A DNA stretch of 63,803 nucleotides, the filler included, from Reclinomonas americana ATCC 50394 (taxonomy: Eukaryota): assembly GCA_048213135.1 (NCBI GenBank). It is 19 parts of 19 records of this genome, joined end to end, with 100 filler letters (N's around TTAATTAATTAA, not from the genome) between each part and the next. Parts side by side here need not be neighbours in the genome. Positions count along the whole stretch, not along the records: positions 1 to 4,815 come from AFZH01017159.1; positions 4,916 to 8,954 come from AFZH01017160.1; positions 9,055 to 15,812 come from AFZH01017162.1; 16 more parts are not named here. The stretch is one strand, 5' to 3'. The stretch's first letter is position 1; each line of letters begins with the position of its first letter. The notes under the pieces were generated by a model that had not been told where the DNA came from, made no database searches, and saw only the letters and a program-made list of their open reading frames with translations. The translations under genes and the position numbers were made by a program. Below are positions 1 to 12,800 of this stretch, piece by piece.

Positions 1-2701
1 CGGAGACGACACCATCGGGACGCAACAGTGTGGGATCCAGAGTCATGGAGGCCGCTGCCGGCATGATGCGATTGGCCAGCATGTCGGGCGAGTACACTCG
101 TATCGTGGCCAGCATGGCGCAGAGTGACGCCACTCGCGAGCGGAAAAAGGGATCCTTCAGAATGCGCAGGAATGCCGGAACCAACACTCGATCGCGATCC
201 TGTGCACGGGGTGAGTGATTGGCATGAAGAGAAGGAACCAACAACGAAAGTACAAGGAACGGTACCTCTGGAGCCACATGATTGGCAATCTTGCCAAAGC
301 AAATGGTGGTGTTGGTGCGAATGGCGGGCTCCGGGTCGCCCTGCAGTCGCCAAAAGTGGCCGAGCACATTGTCGCGAATCTCCTTGGGCGACATTTTCGG
401 CACAATGTGAACCATGCCCTTTAGTGTCATCTGCGGGTGGAAGAATAAGTGGGGAGAAGCGCACAATGCATTCGACCAGGATACACATTATATGAACCTC
501 TCGAATACGCGGCTGGGGGTCGACGAAACCGTGCTCCAACTTTGGGAACACGGCCTTGGTCACATTCTCCGACGACAGATACGGTGCATACAGGTGCAGC
601 GAGTCCAACAGCTGCAAGCGCACGGCAGGATCTGGACTCTCAAACAGCGTCACCAGTCCCGGCACAATCATCGACTCGTACTCTTGCTGCGACAGACGTG
701 CGCCGACGCGGAGCAATGCCGACAGCGCACACGACGAGCCGGCACCGTACTGAATCGCTGTCACAATGGCCGGCAGTACGCGGTGCTTCAGGACGGCGTC
801 GGGGAAGGCGTCGGTGTCGAGCGTGCGGAAAAACTCGTCACGGGCCTCCTGCGACTGCACCTGCACCTCGTCGAGGAACGTCACGGCGCGCACGAGCGCA
901 TTGTCAAAGTACGAGTTCTCCGCCAGCAGTGCAGCGCACGTGGGCCCGCGTGTGGCGGCCGTCGGTGCACAAAGACGCTGAAAGTCGGCCTTCATGGACG
1001 CCGGCACGGTGCGAGACGAGGCACGCAGCTGCTGCACCTCCCACGGACCGTCCACCGACGCACTCTCGTCAAACACCTGCGCCATGAGCACCGCCAGTCC
1101 CCACAGATCCACCGCGTGCACCGGTGCAGCGTCCACTTGCTGGTACTGACCGGCCTTGATCTCTGGCGGGCACTGTTGTGTTGTTGAAAGGAGATGAGCG
1201 AGTGAGTGATCGATGGAATGGAGTAAAATGGGTGGGAGAGACGACGCAACAAAGGGCAACATGGCGGCAAACGCAGGCAGTGTGAGTGGTGGCAGTGGGG
1301 GTGCGGCTGGCGAGGCTGCACCGGGCGGGCTGAACATGCCCGAGGGCGCTGCCGACGCGCCACGCTGAGTGGTGAACTGCAAGTCGCCGAGGCGGAACTC
1401 GCCACCACGAGTCACAAACACCGAGTAGAGACACACGTGATGGTGTGCGTACTGGCGCTCGTGGAGGAGAGAGAGGGCGCGCTGTGACGAGGAGCAGCAA
1501 GGGTAAGCAAAGGCATGTGAAGGAAAAAGGAGGAGGGCGGGAGTCGTACCAGAATATCGTGAAGCCCCCACGCCACATGGTCGGGCTGGCCGCGAATCCC
1601 GTCGACAACGTCGCACAGTGGCGTTACGCGCTCGGTGACCACGTAGATGACGTCGGGGAGGTCGACGCCGCTGTGAAGAGAGAAGGATGATGAGGGTGAT
1701 GGGGAAGGGAGGTGATGGAAGAGAGAGAAAGAGAGAATGGAAGATATGATCGAAGAAGGAGCGACGGATCAGTGATCACCATCAAGGAGCACAGAGGATA
1801 CGAGGCAGGAAATACGAGGAGCTGCCAAGACAGCAACTGATCATCATCGAGAGACGTCCACGATCAAGCGGAGGAAGCAGCGGCGATCAAAAAAGGTGAC
1901 AAGAAAAGGACTGAACTATGAACACAGCACGATTGACGAGTAAGGTGACAGACAGGCCAAAGAAGGAAACGAAGAAGCTGGCACACAGCGACTGATCATT
2001 ATCAATCAGGTGGAGGATGGAGACAAGGAGCTACTGATCGCGAGAAGGTGCTGCCAGGTAAAGGAAGAGGTCACAGAAGCTGTCAAGACAACGATTGATC
2101 ATCAACGAGGAGGGTTAACGAGGACGCGAAAGACACAAAGGAAGAGGGACAGTGATGACGAAGAAGCGACTGATCAGTGATCACATCAACATCAACGAGG
2201 AGAGCGAGTGATCAGGAAAAGTACTCAAAATCATCCTCTTCCTCAAGACACGCAACTCAATGTATCGCAACACCGTCGGCAACCGCATCGTCTTGAGCTT
2301 CTGGAGTCCATTGAGTGCAACACGCAGTTTCTCTGTGGTGCACGTGAGTGACAAGACAGAGAGAGAGAGAGAGTACACGGAAAATGACAAGTGGCACGCA
2401 CCCGGCGATCCAGTTCGCTTATCAAACACAAAGATCGACACTTCCTCTCCCGTGCTCTATCGAACGCAGTGGTGAGCAACACCATTAGCAGTGTGAGATC
2501 TATCTCCTCAGAGAGCGCACACCTTGTTGGTTCCGTGATGCAGTGTCCACACCGAGTGCGCCGAGTACACTGGCGACGCAGCATCGCCAATCGTGTAGGC
2601 AAACGCCTGTGTGAACAAGAATAAGCGTGTCACATACACATACACAACACAAAGAGAGGCGCGATCAGGAGGCGACTTACAGTTCCTTGCGCTTGGCCCA
2701 T
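1..2701 (-). CDS. SCYL1: SCY1-like pseudokinase with HEAT repeats (SCYL1/CEX1 family), spliced, 3' end outside window
   Basis: Spliced minus-strand exons read MGQAQGT/AFAYTIG..WTLHHGT/..SIFVFDK/..KLKTMRLPTVLRYID-GVDLPDVIYVVTERVTPL..WGLHDIL/..HHHVCLYSVFVTRGGEFRLG/..CPPE..VDLWGLA/..DPEPAIRTNTTICFGKIA/..LKDPFFRSRVA. These are hallmark SCYL1 motifs. GT-AG phases are consistent. Confidence 0.92.
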
Positions 2702-3207
2702 CGCAACAACCGCAAGCACCAAAAAAACGAACTCGGACACAACGTCGACGTCGCCAAGGACAAGTTGCAACAAGAAGGCTGTTCTACTTGTGTACATGTG
2801 TACGTGGTGGCGTGTACGCTGGGAAAGGCACATTGATGGCGCAACATGCAAGCGAGGAGTTTCGGATCAATCAGTCGACGTCGACAAGCATGCCAGCGAA
2901 GGCATCCCTGCAGCTGCAAGTCGCATTGCAGATCCAGATGCATGCACATCTACTGCATATGCAGGGCTACGTACTGTCCCCAACGATTGTGACCACTCCG
3001 AGAATTCGAAGTCGACGTTCACAAGTGCAATTCAGCAATTCACACACACACACGCACGCTCTCCTCACTCACTCCCGATCCACTCACTCACGCGGCACGC
3101 ATACACACCACACAATCCGCGCGATCCACAGGGTCGACATCGAGCAGTTGCTATTCTTGGCTTGTGCTTGTCCCGCACCATCACTCTCACTCACTCACTC
3201 ACACACG

Positions 3208-4814
3208 ATGGCGAGTACGTTTGGTGCCAAGCTGCTGATTGAGCGCAAGGGCCCGGCTGCAGCGGGTGGCGTGAAGGAGTGGCGACGGTTTCAGCTGCCT
3301 CTGCACTCACTGCACGAGTTGACTCTGGAGCTGAGTCGCCTGTGTGGAGGCAAGTACACAGACTCACACACACTGAGAGAGCACAATGAGAGAGAGCATT
3401 GATGACGGCAGACAGGTACTTCGTAGACCACTCTTCGCGTGTGTGTGTGAGTGTGTCAATGTGGGGGTGTTGTGTGTTTGTTTGAGAGAGTGTGCGCGCG
3501 TTTGTAATTGACTGCTGCCCCCTTTTCTTCAAGCATACACACATGCACATTCTTCGCGCACTGCGCACGCACACGCGACAATGACGAAAATGACAAGATT
3601 GCCGAGCAGGCTTTTTTTCACAGTGAGAAAAAGCACTGAGCTCTTTTCCCCTCCTCTTTGCTCTCTCTCTCTGTGTCTCTCTTCTTTGTCTATTACTCAT
3701 ATATCTTTCCATGTGATTTAGAGTCATTGCCGGCGGCCTTTGTGTTGCACTATCAGGACGATGAGGAGGATTGGATTGCGCTGACGAGTGATGAGGACAT
3801 GCTGGAGTGCCAGAGCGTGCTCTCTAGTGGGCCTCTGCGGCTGCGCGTGATGGGTGAGTAGTGTGCGGGGAAAGAGGGAGATCGAATTTGTTTGAGACCA
3901 TGTTTTGTTGTCCTCGGTGTCGGACGCTTCTTCAACACACACACTTTCTCCCTTCCTCTGGTGGCCCCCTGTTGTTTCTATCTTTGCATTCTTCTTTCAC
4001 TTTTCTGTTCCGCTGCTCGGTCTTGTCTCTTGAGCCTCACTCGTGTTGGCGTTGCATTCCTCCGCTCTGTTTCTTTCTTTCTCTCTCTCTCTCTCTCCGC
4101 CCTTCTCTATGAATCTCTCTGTTATTTCCATCCAGTGTGCGTTCTTCCTCCACTCCGCTGCTCATTGTTGTCTCTTGAGCCTCACTCGTGTTGGCGTTGC
4201 ATTCCTCCGCTCCTCCTTCCCCCCTGTTATTTCCATCCAGTGTGCATGCTTTCTCTGCTCTTGTATTCCGCTACTCTGCCACCCTTGATCGTCATTCTTT
4301 CCTCCGCTCTCTGCCTCTGTCTCCTTCTCCCTCCTTCTCTGTGGAGCTATCCGCATTCCTCCGCTCTTCACTTCCTCTGCTCACCTCTCTTCCTCCGTTC
4401 CCTCCGTTCCCTCCCTTACCTTCCTTCCCTCCCTTCCCTCCCTTCCCTCCCTTCCCTTCCTTCCCTTCCCTTCTCTCCCTTCCCTCACTCCACCTCTCCC
4501 TTCCCTCTTTTCCAGAGGTCGACGAGGAATCCAAGAAGCCCCACTTCTCGCGCTCCGCTCTCCAGCGCGCTCTGTTGCCGCCCGCGCCGCCCGCCACCGA
4601 CGGCGAGTCATCATCGTCATCGTCGTCGACGACCACGGCCACCGCTGCCACCGAGTCTGGTGATGCGGGCTCTTCGTCGGGCACTGCTGGCACGGCGGCG
4701 GCAGGCGGCCGCGACGCGTCACCCACGGAGTCACACAAGGCACGGCAGCCGGTGGTGCGCCCGGAGCCACGCGAGGAGGCACGTTATGCGTACGCGGAAG
4801 AGAGCGCATCTGTA
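3208..4814 (+). CDS. PB1-domain protein (p62/NBR1-like N-terminus), truncated at contig end
   Basis: Exons 3208-3349, 3722-3853, 4516-4814. N-terminal K/RR strand (AKLLI..EWRRF) plus OPCA motif LHYQDDEEDWIALTSDEDM, followed by a Ser/Thr-rich linker. Confidence 0.8.
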
Positions 4815-4915
4815 ANNNNNNNNNNNNNNNNNNNNNNNNNNNNNNNNNNNNNNNNNNNNTTAATTAATTAANNNNNNNNNNNNNNNNNNNNNNNNNNNNN
4901 NNNNNNNNNNNNNNN
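4815..4915. other. Assembly spacer N-TTAATTAATTAA-N (first of 18 in the window)
   Basis: Identical ~100-nt N block with a six-frame stop linker. Recurs at ~8955, 15813, 24260, 29840, 32342, 36751, 37967, 41513, 43173, 45615, 46902, 49040, 51080, 56539, 58544, 59926 and 62310. Confidence 0.99.
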
Positions 4916-4976
4916 CTTTCATGTCGTCGTCGTCGTCCTGTTGCCATTTTTCATTCACCGCCGCGGGGCGTGTTAG

Positions 4977-5086
4977 ATTTCTGGTCGACTGCCGACCGCG
5001 ACATTGCGAAGCAGTACGAGGAGGATCGACAGGCGTTCAACGAGCTGGCACGTGAATGCACTGCCAAGCACGCCATGAGCGCATAA
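4977..5086 (+). CDS. Last exon of a ubiquitin-conjugating (E2/UBC) domain
   Basis: After a tgttag acceptor: ..ADRDIAKQYEEDRQAFNELARECTAKHAMSA*, matching the E2 C-terminal helices (IA..Y..DR..F...AR.xT.KxA). Confidence 0.75.
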
Positions 5087-5301
5087 GTCGATTTCGCGGC
5101 TGTCTTGTGTGTTTCCAATGTTGTCTGTTTGTCTGTTTGTCTGTTGGTTTGGTTGTTTGGTGAGCGTGCGTGGTGCGTCGCTGATGTTGACCAGTGTAAT
5201 CCTCTATGCGTATTCTGTGTGCACCTCCTGTGTCAGCACTTTATTTTCTTTGTTCACCACCTCCATACCACACCACACCACACCACCACTCGTTGTTTGT
5301 C

Positions 5302-6611
5302 TCACGTCAGCGTCGTGGGATTCGTCGTCGTGGTCGTCGGCTGCGTGTCCGTACCCCACGTAATTGGAACAGTGGTCGCCGTAGTGCTCTGCTGCAGGGG
5401 AGCCGTCTTCTGCGTTTCCCAGGTAATCGGAACGCTCGAGGCCGAGGTGCTGCCAGTAGTGCCCGTGGTCGTCGTCGTCGTGGTTGCCGTGGTCCCGGCA
5501 ATCGGCGGCACCAGCATCTTGTCGCTCGTGTGCACCACCAGCACCTGTGTGCCACAAGGTGAGAAACAGCAGCTTGTTCGAGTGCATGTTTTTGAATTTA
5601 CCGAGCACGGCGCGTGATGCACGATGTAGTCGCACGTGGTGCTGGTGAGAGGCAAGTGATGAGTGTGCTTGTGAGGTGGACACTGCACGCGCAGGAACAT
5701 ACCCCAGCATGCGGCGCAATTTGCCTTCGCCGCCGTACCCGATGAGCACAATGTCGATGCTCTGCGTCTCGGCCGTGCGCAGCAGTGCGTCGTTGGTGGA
5801 ACCAACGGCCACCTGCACGGAGTGAGTTCGTAGCTGACACACAGCACAAGTCACTCGGGACTCGAAAACCCAACAATGGTCGACACATGAATCGACTCCT
5901 TGGTGATCGACTGGTTCGCGAGGGCCTATTGGGTGTGAGTTGACGGTTCACAAGAACGGGAAAGCTGGGCGCAGTGGCAGACGAAACGTTGAGCACATAC
6001 ACGGCGCGCTGGAGTATGCGAGACGCGTTCTCAGTGTCTGTGGTGCACCAGTCAGCTTCATGATGACTCTTTCCTCTCTTCCCTCGTATTGACCTTCGGA
6101 ACTCGGCTCCGGTTCGTACTGCAGTCGCCAGATTCTTTGTGAGCAATCCCACCAGCGACGACGCTGTATCGCACGCACTCACCGGATTCACCGCCACATC
6201 GTCGAGGTGGGTGACGGGGAAGTCGACGACCGGCGAGAAGAATCGGCCGAGCGCCTTGGTCGCCCGCGTCAACACATTGCCGGCCTCGTTCACCTCCTCG
6301 CCCACCTTGACGCCGGCTTTGGTGGCCGAGCTCTGGATGTGCAGCTGCGTCGCCTTGCCAGCCGGCACCGCCGTCGCCAGAATCACAGTATCGCCTGCAG
6401 TGCTTGTATTCAGCATCACTATACACGATCGGAGACCACTCTCTTCTCACCTGCCCGCGCCACGGTGCCCGCTCGCTCCACGGCCGCCAGCGAGGCGTCC
6501 GTGCCATCAACGCATACCTGCGAGATTCCGTGAGCTCAAACAAGAGAATCATTCCACCTGCATCGCCTCCTCTCTTGCTGGCGCGCGCCACACACACACC
6601 ATCCAACGCAT
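5302..6611 (-). CDS. Universal stress protein (USP) with internal insertion and Thr-rich tail
   Basis: MRWM/VCVDGTDASLAAVERA..RAG/DTVILATAVP..IDIVLIGYGGEGKLRRMLG/..STTCDYIVHHAPCS/VLVV. These are USP-domain N- and C-terminal motifs. Confidence 0.88.
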
Positions 6612-6822
6612 TGCTTCTTGCTTCTTGTTATTCCGATCACAATCCGAACACCTTCTTGTTCACGTGGTAGTTGCTGTCGTGCGCTCCACAAGTGCCCAAC
6701 AAACAAAGTCTGGCTAACAGTGAGCGAGGACTTGTCGCGACAAACATGCACTTTCTCGCCACAAACTGCAATCACATACTCAACGTTTCCTTTTTGTTGC
6801 AGATAGCAGAGAGCAAGAAGAG

Positions 6823-7659
6823 ATGCGCTACGTCATCGGCGTGGATGGTTCCCGCTACGCACGCAATGCGTTGATGCGAGTGGCACGACTGGCCAAAGAC
6901 GGTCAGCGAAGTCGCACTCTCACTGTCTCTCTCTCTCTCACTCTCACACACTCGCACACAGGCGATCAGATCTGGCTCACTGCCGCCGTACCCTACTACT
7001 ACTTTGACGGCGAGGTCAGCGTGCGCACACACACTCTCTCACACACTCACTCTCACACTCACACAAGACTCACACAGGCAGTGGACGCTGCTCTGACCGT
7101 GGGCGCGGGCTTCTCAGGCGACGACTTTGACGGGCCCTTCCGCGACGAGTTGGACCCCACTGCCAAGGCCGCAGCAGAGCGCATTCTCTCACAACACAAG
7201 TGCACACTGGAGGTCCTCACACACACACAGCTTCTCCGCGACTTCCTCTGCTCACTGTTGGTTGGTGGCACAGGAGGAACTGCAGAAGCGCGAGGTCGGC
7301 ACACACACTGATGTGTTCAAGGTCGTGGCGGCGGGCGAGGCACGAGAGGTTCTCATGTATGTCGCCAAGCATTTCCATGCGGATATCATTGTCGTGGGAA
7401 CGCGAGGGCATAGCAAGCTCAAGCGAATGCTGCTCGGAAGGTCAACCTCTGTGTGCGAGTATGAGCTTTTCTCTGGTGCTTTGCTGACTTTGTGTGAGTG
7501 AGCAGCACGGCCACGTATTTGGTCAATCATGCAAAGACGGCGGTGCTGGTGGTCCGACCGGACGATGAGGGCGAGGGAGAGGGGGAGGAGGCAGAGGAGG
7601 ACGCGCATGTGGTGTCCGTGGAGGCTGCAGAGAGGCAGACACTGGAAGAGCACAAGTGA
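6823..7659 (+). CDS. Universal stress protein (USP)
   Basis: MRYVIGVDGSRYARNAL..KDG/DQIWL..GEAREVLMYVAKHFHADIIVVGTRGHSKLKRMLLG/STATYLVNHAKTAVLVVR..*. Four short GT-AG introns. Confidence 0.92.
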
Positions 7660-7727
7660 TTTGTGTGAAGCGAATCTTTTTGAGATTCCCAGTGTTCGCA
7701 TTTTTTGTTTGAGAGAGAGCAGAGAGG

Positions 7728-8570
7728 ATGACGCGCTTTATGGTGTGCATTGATGGCTCGGAGCACAGCTACCGCGGTGCGGTACACTGTGCACGACTGT
7801 GCAAAGAAGGTGCGGTCACACACGCGCGTAGAATGATCGTTTCCTTGCCTTATTCTTGCGTCACAGGCGATCACGTGTTGCTTGTCGAAACAGTGCGTGC
7901 CCTGCTTCTCTCTCTGTCTCCATCTGCGTGCGTGCTCACTGGTGACACAGGTAAAGACACCATCGCCACCTGTGTTCATGGGCGCAGCAATGGGACTCGG
8001 ACCACTCCCAGAGGCCACTCTGGAGCCCGACACTGAAGGTGCGATCCGACTTGAGCAACGATCGTCTTCCTCGCGATCGTCGCACGAGCTGAGCATCATC
8101 GCGTGCAGATGTGGAAGCTGCAGAGAAGCACCTGCGTCACGCTGCTCATGTGATGCAACGGGAGCTGCCGGAGGGCCGGCATGTGCTGGTCTCGGAAAAG
8201 GTGTACCCGGCTGCGTCCTCCAAGGAGGTGCTGGTGTCGCTGGCCGAGTCGGAGAACATTGACGTTGTGGGTATGTGATGGGGCGTAGTTTCTACTGCGT
8301 GTGCGTGTGTGTCACAGGCGAGTTGTGCGCAGTGGTCGGCACGCGAGGACGCGGGGCGATCAAGCGCGCCTTCTTGGTGAGATCTGCTTGCAATTGCGCG
8401 AAGTTGCTTGACAACTCATTGTCTCTTGTTGTAGGGAAGTGTTGCCGATTACCTGGCGACACACAGGTATACAAGGAGGGGCAGTGTGCGTGAGTAGGGC
8501 CGTCGACTAACCTCCTTGTCTTGCATGCAGTCCATGCTCTGTCCTCGTCGTCCGTCCTGAGTCCGAGTGA
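7728..8570 (+). CDS. Universal stress protein (USP)
   Basis: MTRFMVCIDGSEHSYRGA..KEG/DHVLLV..KEVLVSLAESENIDVV/VVGTRGRGAIKRAFL/GSVADYLATH/..PCSVLVVRPESE*. Confidence 0.9.
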
Positions 8571-8641
8571 CGCAACGAAGAGGAGCGCACACAGGCTCTG
8601 TTGTTTTTCTTATTGTAAACCGCACCCCCTTGCAACGCACC

Positions 8642-9836
8642 ATGTCTGATGATGGCTACTGGAAGGAGATAGTCGAGTCGGCATTGATCAACTTGTCATT
8701 GGAGGCCAAAGGTTGCTCTCTCGCACGCATGTCACACTCTCCTTGTTGTCGTGCATTCCCTCTTGCATTCTCCTTGCACTCCCTGTTGCATCACCAGTCG
8801 CATCTTCCCTTGTCTTTCCAGTGCATTCCACCTTGCATTCCCTCTCTCGTCCTCTTGTCTTCCCTCTCTCTCGTCTCTCTTCCTCTCGTCTCCCCTCTCG
8901 TGGTTCCTCTCACTCGTCTCCCCTCTCCCTCTCCCCTCTCCCTCTCTCGTCTCCNNNNNNNNNNNNNNNNNNNNNNNNNNNNNNNNNNNNNNNNNNNNTT
9001 AATTAATTAANNNNNNNNNNNNNNNNNNNNNNNNNNNNNNNNNNNNNNNNNNNNCTCTCTCTCCATCCTTGTCCATCACCAACCCTCCCCCCCAGTGTGC
9101 CCTACATCCAGCACCAGAACGGCAGCTTCTTCACCGAGTACTCGCCATTGTGGGGCGACGTGCCGCTGGAGTGGGAATTCGCGTCGCAGGTGTTTGAGAA
9201 CCGCAAGCCCGACGCCGTCAATTTCTGGATGGGCGACGAGCGAGCCGTCAGCAGTGTGCACAAGGATCACTACGAGAACATCTACTGTGTGGTCGCAGGT
9301 GTATTCTCCCTCTCTCTCTCTCCCTCCTCTCCCTCCTCTCCCTTCGATTGACACCGGTGCTTGCAGGCGAAAAACACTTTACCCTGTGCCCGCCAAGCGA
9401 CGTCGGGTTGCTGTATGAGCGCGACTATTCGGGCCCGTATCGGTACACGCAGGATGCTGCCACACGCGAGTGGCGCCTCGAGTTGGACGAGCGCGAGGCC
9501 ACGGACTCCGGCTCGGTGCCTTGGGTGTCGGTGGATGTGGATGCACCCATAACGCAGGAGCAACTCGATCGCTTCCCCCTGTTCTACGATCACGGATACC
9601 CGCCGATTTCGTGCACCGTGCGCGCCGGCGAGGTGCTGTACTTGCCGTCGCTGTGGTATCACCAGGTGAGCCAGTCGTGCGACGAGCACGGTCGCTGCAT
9701 CGCCGTCAACTACTGGTACGACATGGAATTCGACCACAAGTACAACTACTACAGCGCGTTCTCGTCGCTGGCCAAGCGGTTGCATGCGCGCGGCGAGGCA
9801 CGTCGCACGCCCACCGAGCCCGACTCCCCTGATTGA
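8642..9836 (+). CDS. JMJD7: JmjC-domain hydroxylase JMJD7 (spans a gap)
   Basis: YIQHQNGS..PDAVNFWMGDERAVSSVHKDHYENIYCVVAG/EKHFTLCPPSD..GEVLYLPSLWYHQVSQ..CIAVNYWYDMEFDHKY, with the HxD..H iron triad. First exon MSDDGYWKEIVESALINLSLEAK is at 8642. Confidence 0.93.
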
Positions 9837-9884
9837 AAATCCTTTTCTTGCATTTGTTTGTCGATATTTCATTAGTTAACAGAT

Positions 9885-12800
9885 TCATTCGCCGTGCATC
9901 TCGGCCTCCGTGCCGTCGCTCCGGAGCTCCACCGCTCCCTCGCTCGACGGCTCACCCATTTCCTTGTCAACCGCATCCTCCTCCTCTTCCATCTCCATCT
10001 CCTCATCCTCGTCTTCGTCCACCTTTTCGCCCGCCGCCCGCCGTCTTTTCAAGTCGAGTTCCGCGGTCTGCTGCCGGCCGCGAGAGCGCGCACCGGCGAG
10101 TTCCTCGATCGCCACCCGCCGAATAACATCAAAATCGACGTTGGTGTGCTTGCCCCAGAACTCGCACCGGCCCCACTCGGCCCACGAGTGCTGCTTCGTC
10201 GCAATTCCGTGCATGATGCGGGCCACCCCGCGAGCCGTGGTCACCGACGTGCTGAAGCGGAACACAAACACGCGCACGTCACCGCGCACCACGCTCAACA
10301 GCGACGGGCTGACGTTCAGCAAGGTCGCCGCCAAAGCCGGCGTCTCGCGTGCACCGAGCGGCGTCTCGTTGGTAAAGTACTCGTCCAGCAGCGGCAACAC
10401 GTCTCCGCCGGCATCGTCGCCGTCGGTCGCCGCCGCCGCCAGGTTCGACAGCACGTGCCACACGTGATCGACACGCGCGACTCGCGTACGGTGCACCTCG
10501 GTCAGCCGCTCGCTGACCACACGGTACGCCGCCTCCACATCGCCACTGCCGACATCGCTGCGGACCATTACACACAGCGCCTCGCCGGCAAACTCGAGAC
10601 TGATGACGCGCTGCACGCGGAGGTCGCTGAGCTCGCGCACCACGTCAGCAGTGCTGATGCCCAGCACCTCGGCCAAGTGGCCCACATCCACATGCATGCG
10701 GTTGTTGACGGTGGTGGCCAGCGTCGCCACTGCACCCAACAGCGGGTACTTGTCGCACACGTCGGCCGTCAGCTCCTTGAACGAGTTGATTTGCGCCGTG
10801 GCACACACGCGTGGCTGCAGGCGCACTTTGGCCTCCGGCTGCGCCTCCAGCAACGACAAGGCCGTCTCCGCCACCTCCGGCTTCATATCAAACTGCCGCT
10901 CCACCGTCTCCACGTTCAGGCTGCGCTCGAACGCTGTACCCTCGTCGGCCAGCGGATCGACCTCGTCGTGCAGGCGACGAGGCGCCAACACGGCCTGCAC
11001 AAACTTGCGAATACAAGTCTCATCGACCGTGTCGGAGAAGGCCAGACTGCGCAGCATGTAAAAGTCGTCCTTGGTGATGAAGACGTGCGCAAAGGCATCC
11101 TGTCCGTCGCGACCGGCGCGCCCCACCTGCATGCACCCACGAGTCGGTGTGACGAATCGAGGAGCACAGGACGAGACCACGACCATCACCCACCTCCTGC
11201 ACATAGCTCTCCACACTGCGCGGCAGTCGGTGGTGCACCACAACACGCAAGTCGGGCTTGTCGAGGCCCATGCCGAACGCCACCGTCGCCACCACGATGC
11301 GTAGCGAGCCACGCATAAAGTCGTTTTGTACACGCTCACGCCGCTTGGCATCCATGCCCGAATAGTACGCCTCGGCTTGGAAACCGGCAGAGACCAGCGC
11401 CCGCACCACGTCGTCTGCGTCCTTCTTGAACAGCACATACACAATGACACCGCCTGCGTCGCGTTGCAAATCAGCAAGATGAAATGCACCGACAGAAGGA
11501 GCAGCATTCACGTCACCTTTCAGGGCCGCAATGTTGGGACGACGCAGGAACGCGACAACAGCCGTGGTGGGATTCGAGGTTTGCGAGGCCGACAGGTGCA
11601 AGTTGGAGCGGATGAGCGGCACACGCACCGTTCGCTGCAGCTCCAGTGCGTCGCACACACTACACATGTCGATCAGCAAAAGGCACGACAAGATGAGAAG
11701 GGACAACAACAAACCTGCGCTCCGTCTGCACATTCGCAGTGCCCGACAGCGCCAGCACGAGTGACACGTCGAGCGCACGCAGTGCACAGTGCAGCCGCAG
11801 GTACGAGGGACGGAAGTTGTGCGACCACTCCGACATGCAGTGTGCCTCGTCGACGCACACAAACAGCGGCAAACCGACTTCGCTCAGTCCGCGCAGGAAC
11901 GGTGCCGACAGCATGCGCTCGGGTGACACGAACAGAATGCGGATGCCCTCCAGGCGCACGCGATCCAGCAGTTCTTTGACCTTGTTTGGCGGCTGCGTGT
12001 GTGCATGTGTGAGAAGAGAGAAGAGTGACGACGTGCGTGGATGAGCGGCGATGCTTACCAGCCGCCCGCTGAGAGCCAGAGCCGGCAGCGTGCTCGGCAA
12101 GTGCGCCAGCTGATCTTGCATGATGGAAATGAGCGGGCTGATGACTACTGTGAGGCCCGGCAACAAGAGCGCCGGCAGCTGATAGCAGAGCGATTTGCCG
12201 CCGCCAGTCGGCAGCACCGCAAACGTCGACTCGCCACGCAGCAGGCTGCTGATAATGTCCAACTGGCCCGGTCGCCACGATTCGTGCCCAAAGTGCGTGT
12301 GCACGACCTGCACGGCATTGGAATGAGCGACCATGAGACTACTACAGAGACACGGAATCGTGTGCGGACCTCCAACAAGGCCGCCGAATCGGCATAGCGC
12401 TCCGACATGGACTCAAACACCGCCTCAGTGTAGCGAAGGCTCGCGAGACCGAGAGCGGCAGCCGACTCCTCGTCCACCACCATGTCTGCGACCGCAATGG
12501 CAGCCTCCTCGCCGCCCATGCTGGATGTTCCGGTCGACGCTGCCGCAACTGCGGCTGCCGACGTCGAGTTGAATAGTGTGCCCTTCTCCTGGTCGACGGC
12601 CAGTCGTGCCCGGACACCGTGCTTGCGATCGAACGATGACGACCACGAGACGGAGCGGTAGGTGCCGGAGGAGCTGCGGAAGCCGCGGCGACCGCGATTC
12701 CGACCGGGAATGTTGAGGCGCTTGAAATTGGAGCAGCCGGTGCCGCCCACATTCGATTTCTTCTTGCTGTTGCCAGTGGTGCCTGATGCCACCGCCGAGG

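Noticed and set aside
414..1187. Long ORFs opposite real genes (414-1187, 9894-11318, 13464-14633, 27707-28876, 53161-54015)
   Set aside because: Antisense shadows of GC3-rich coding sequence, or read-through into repeats.
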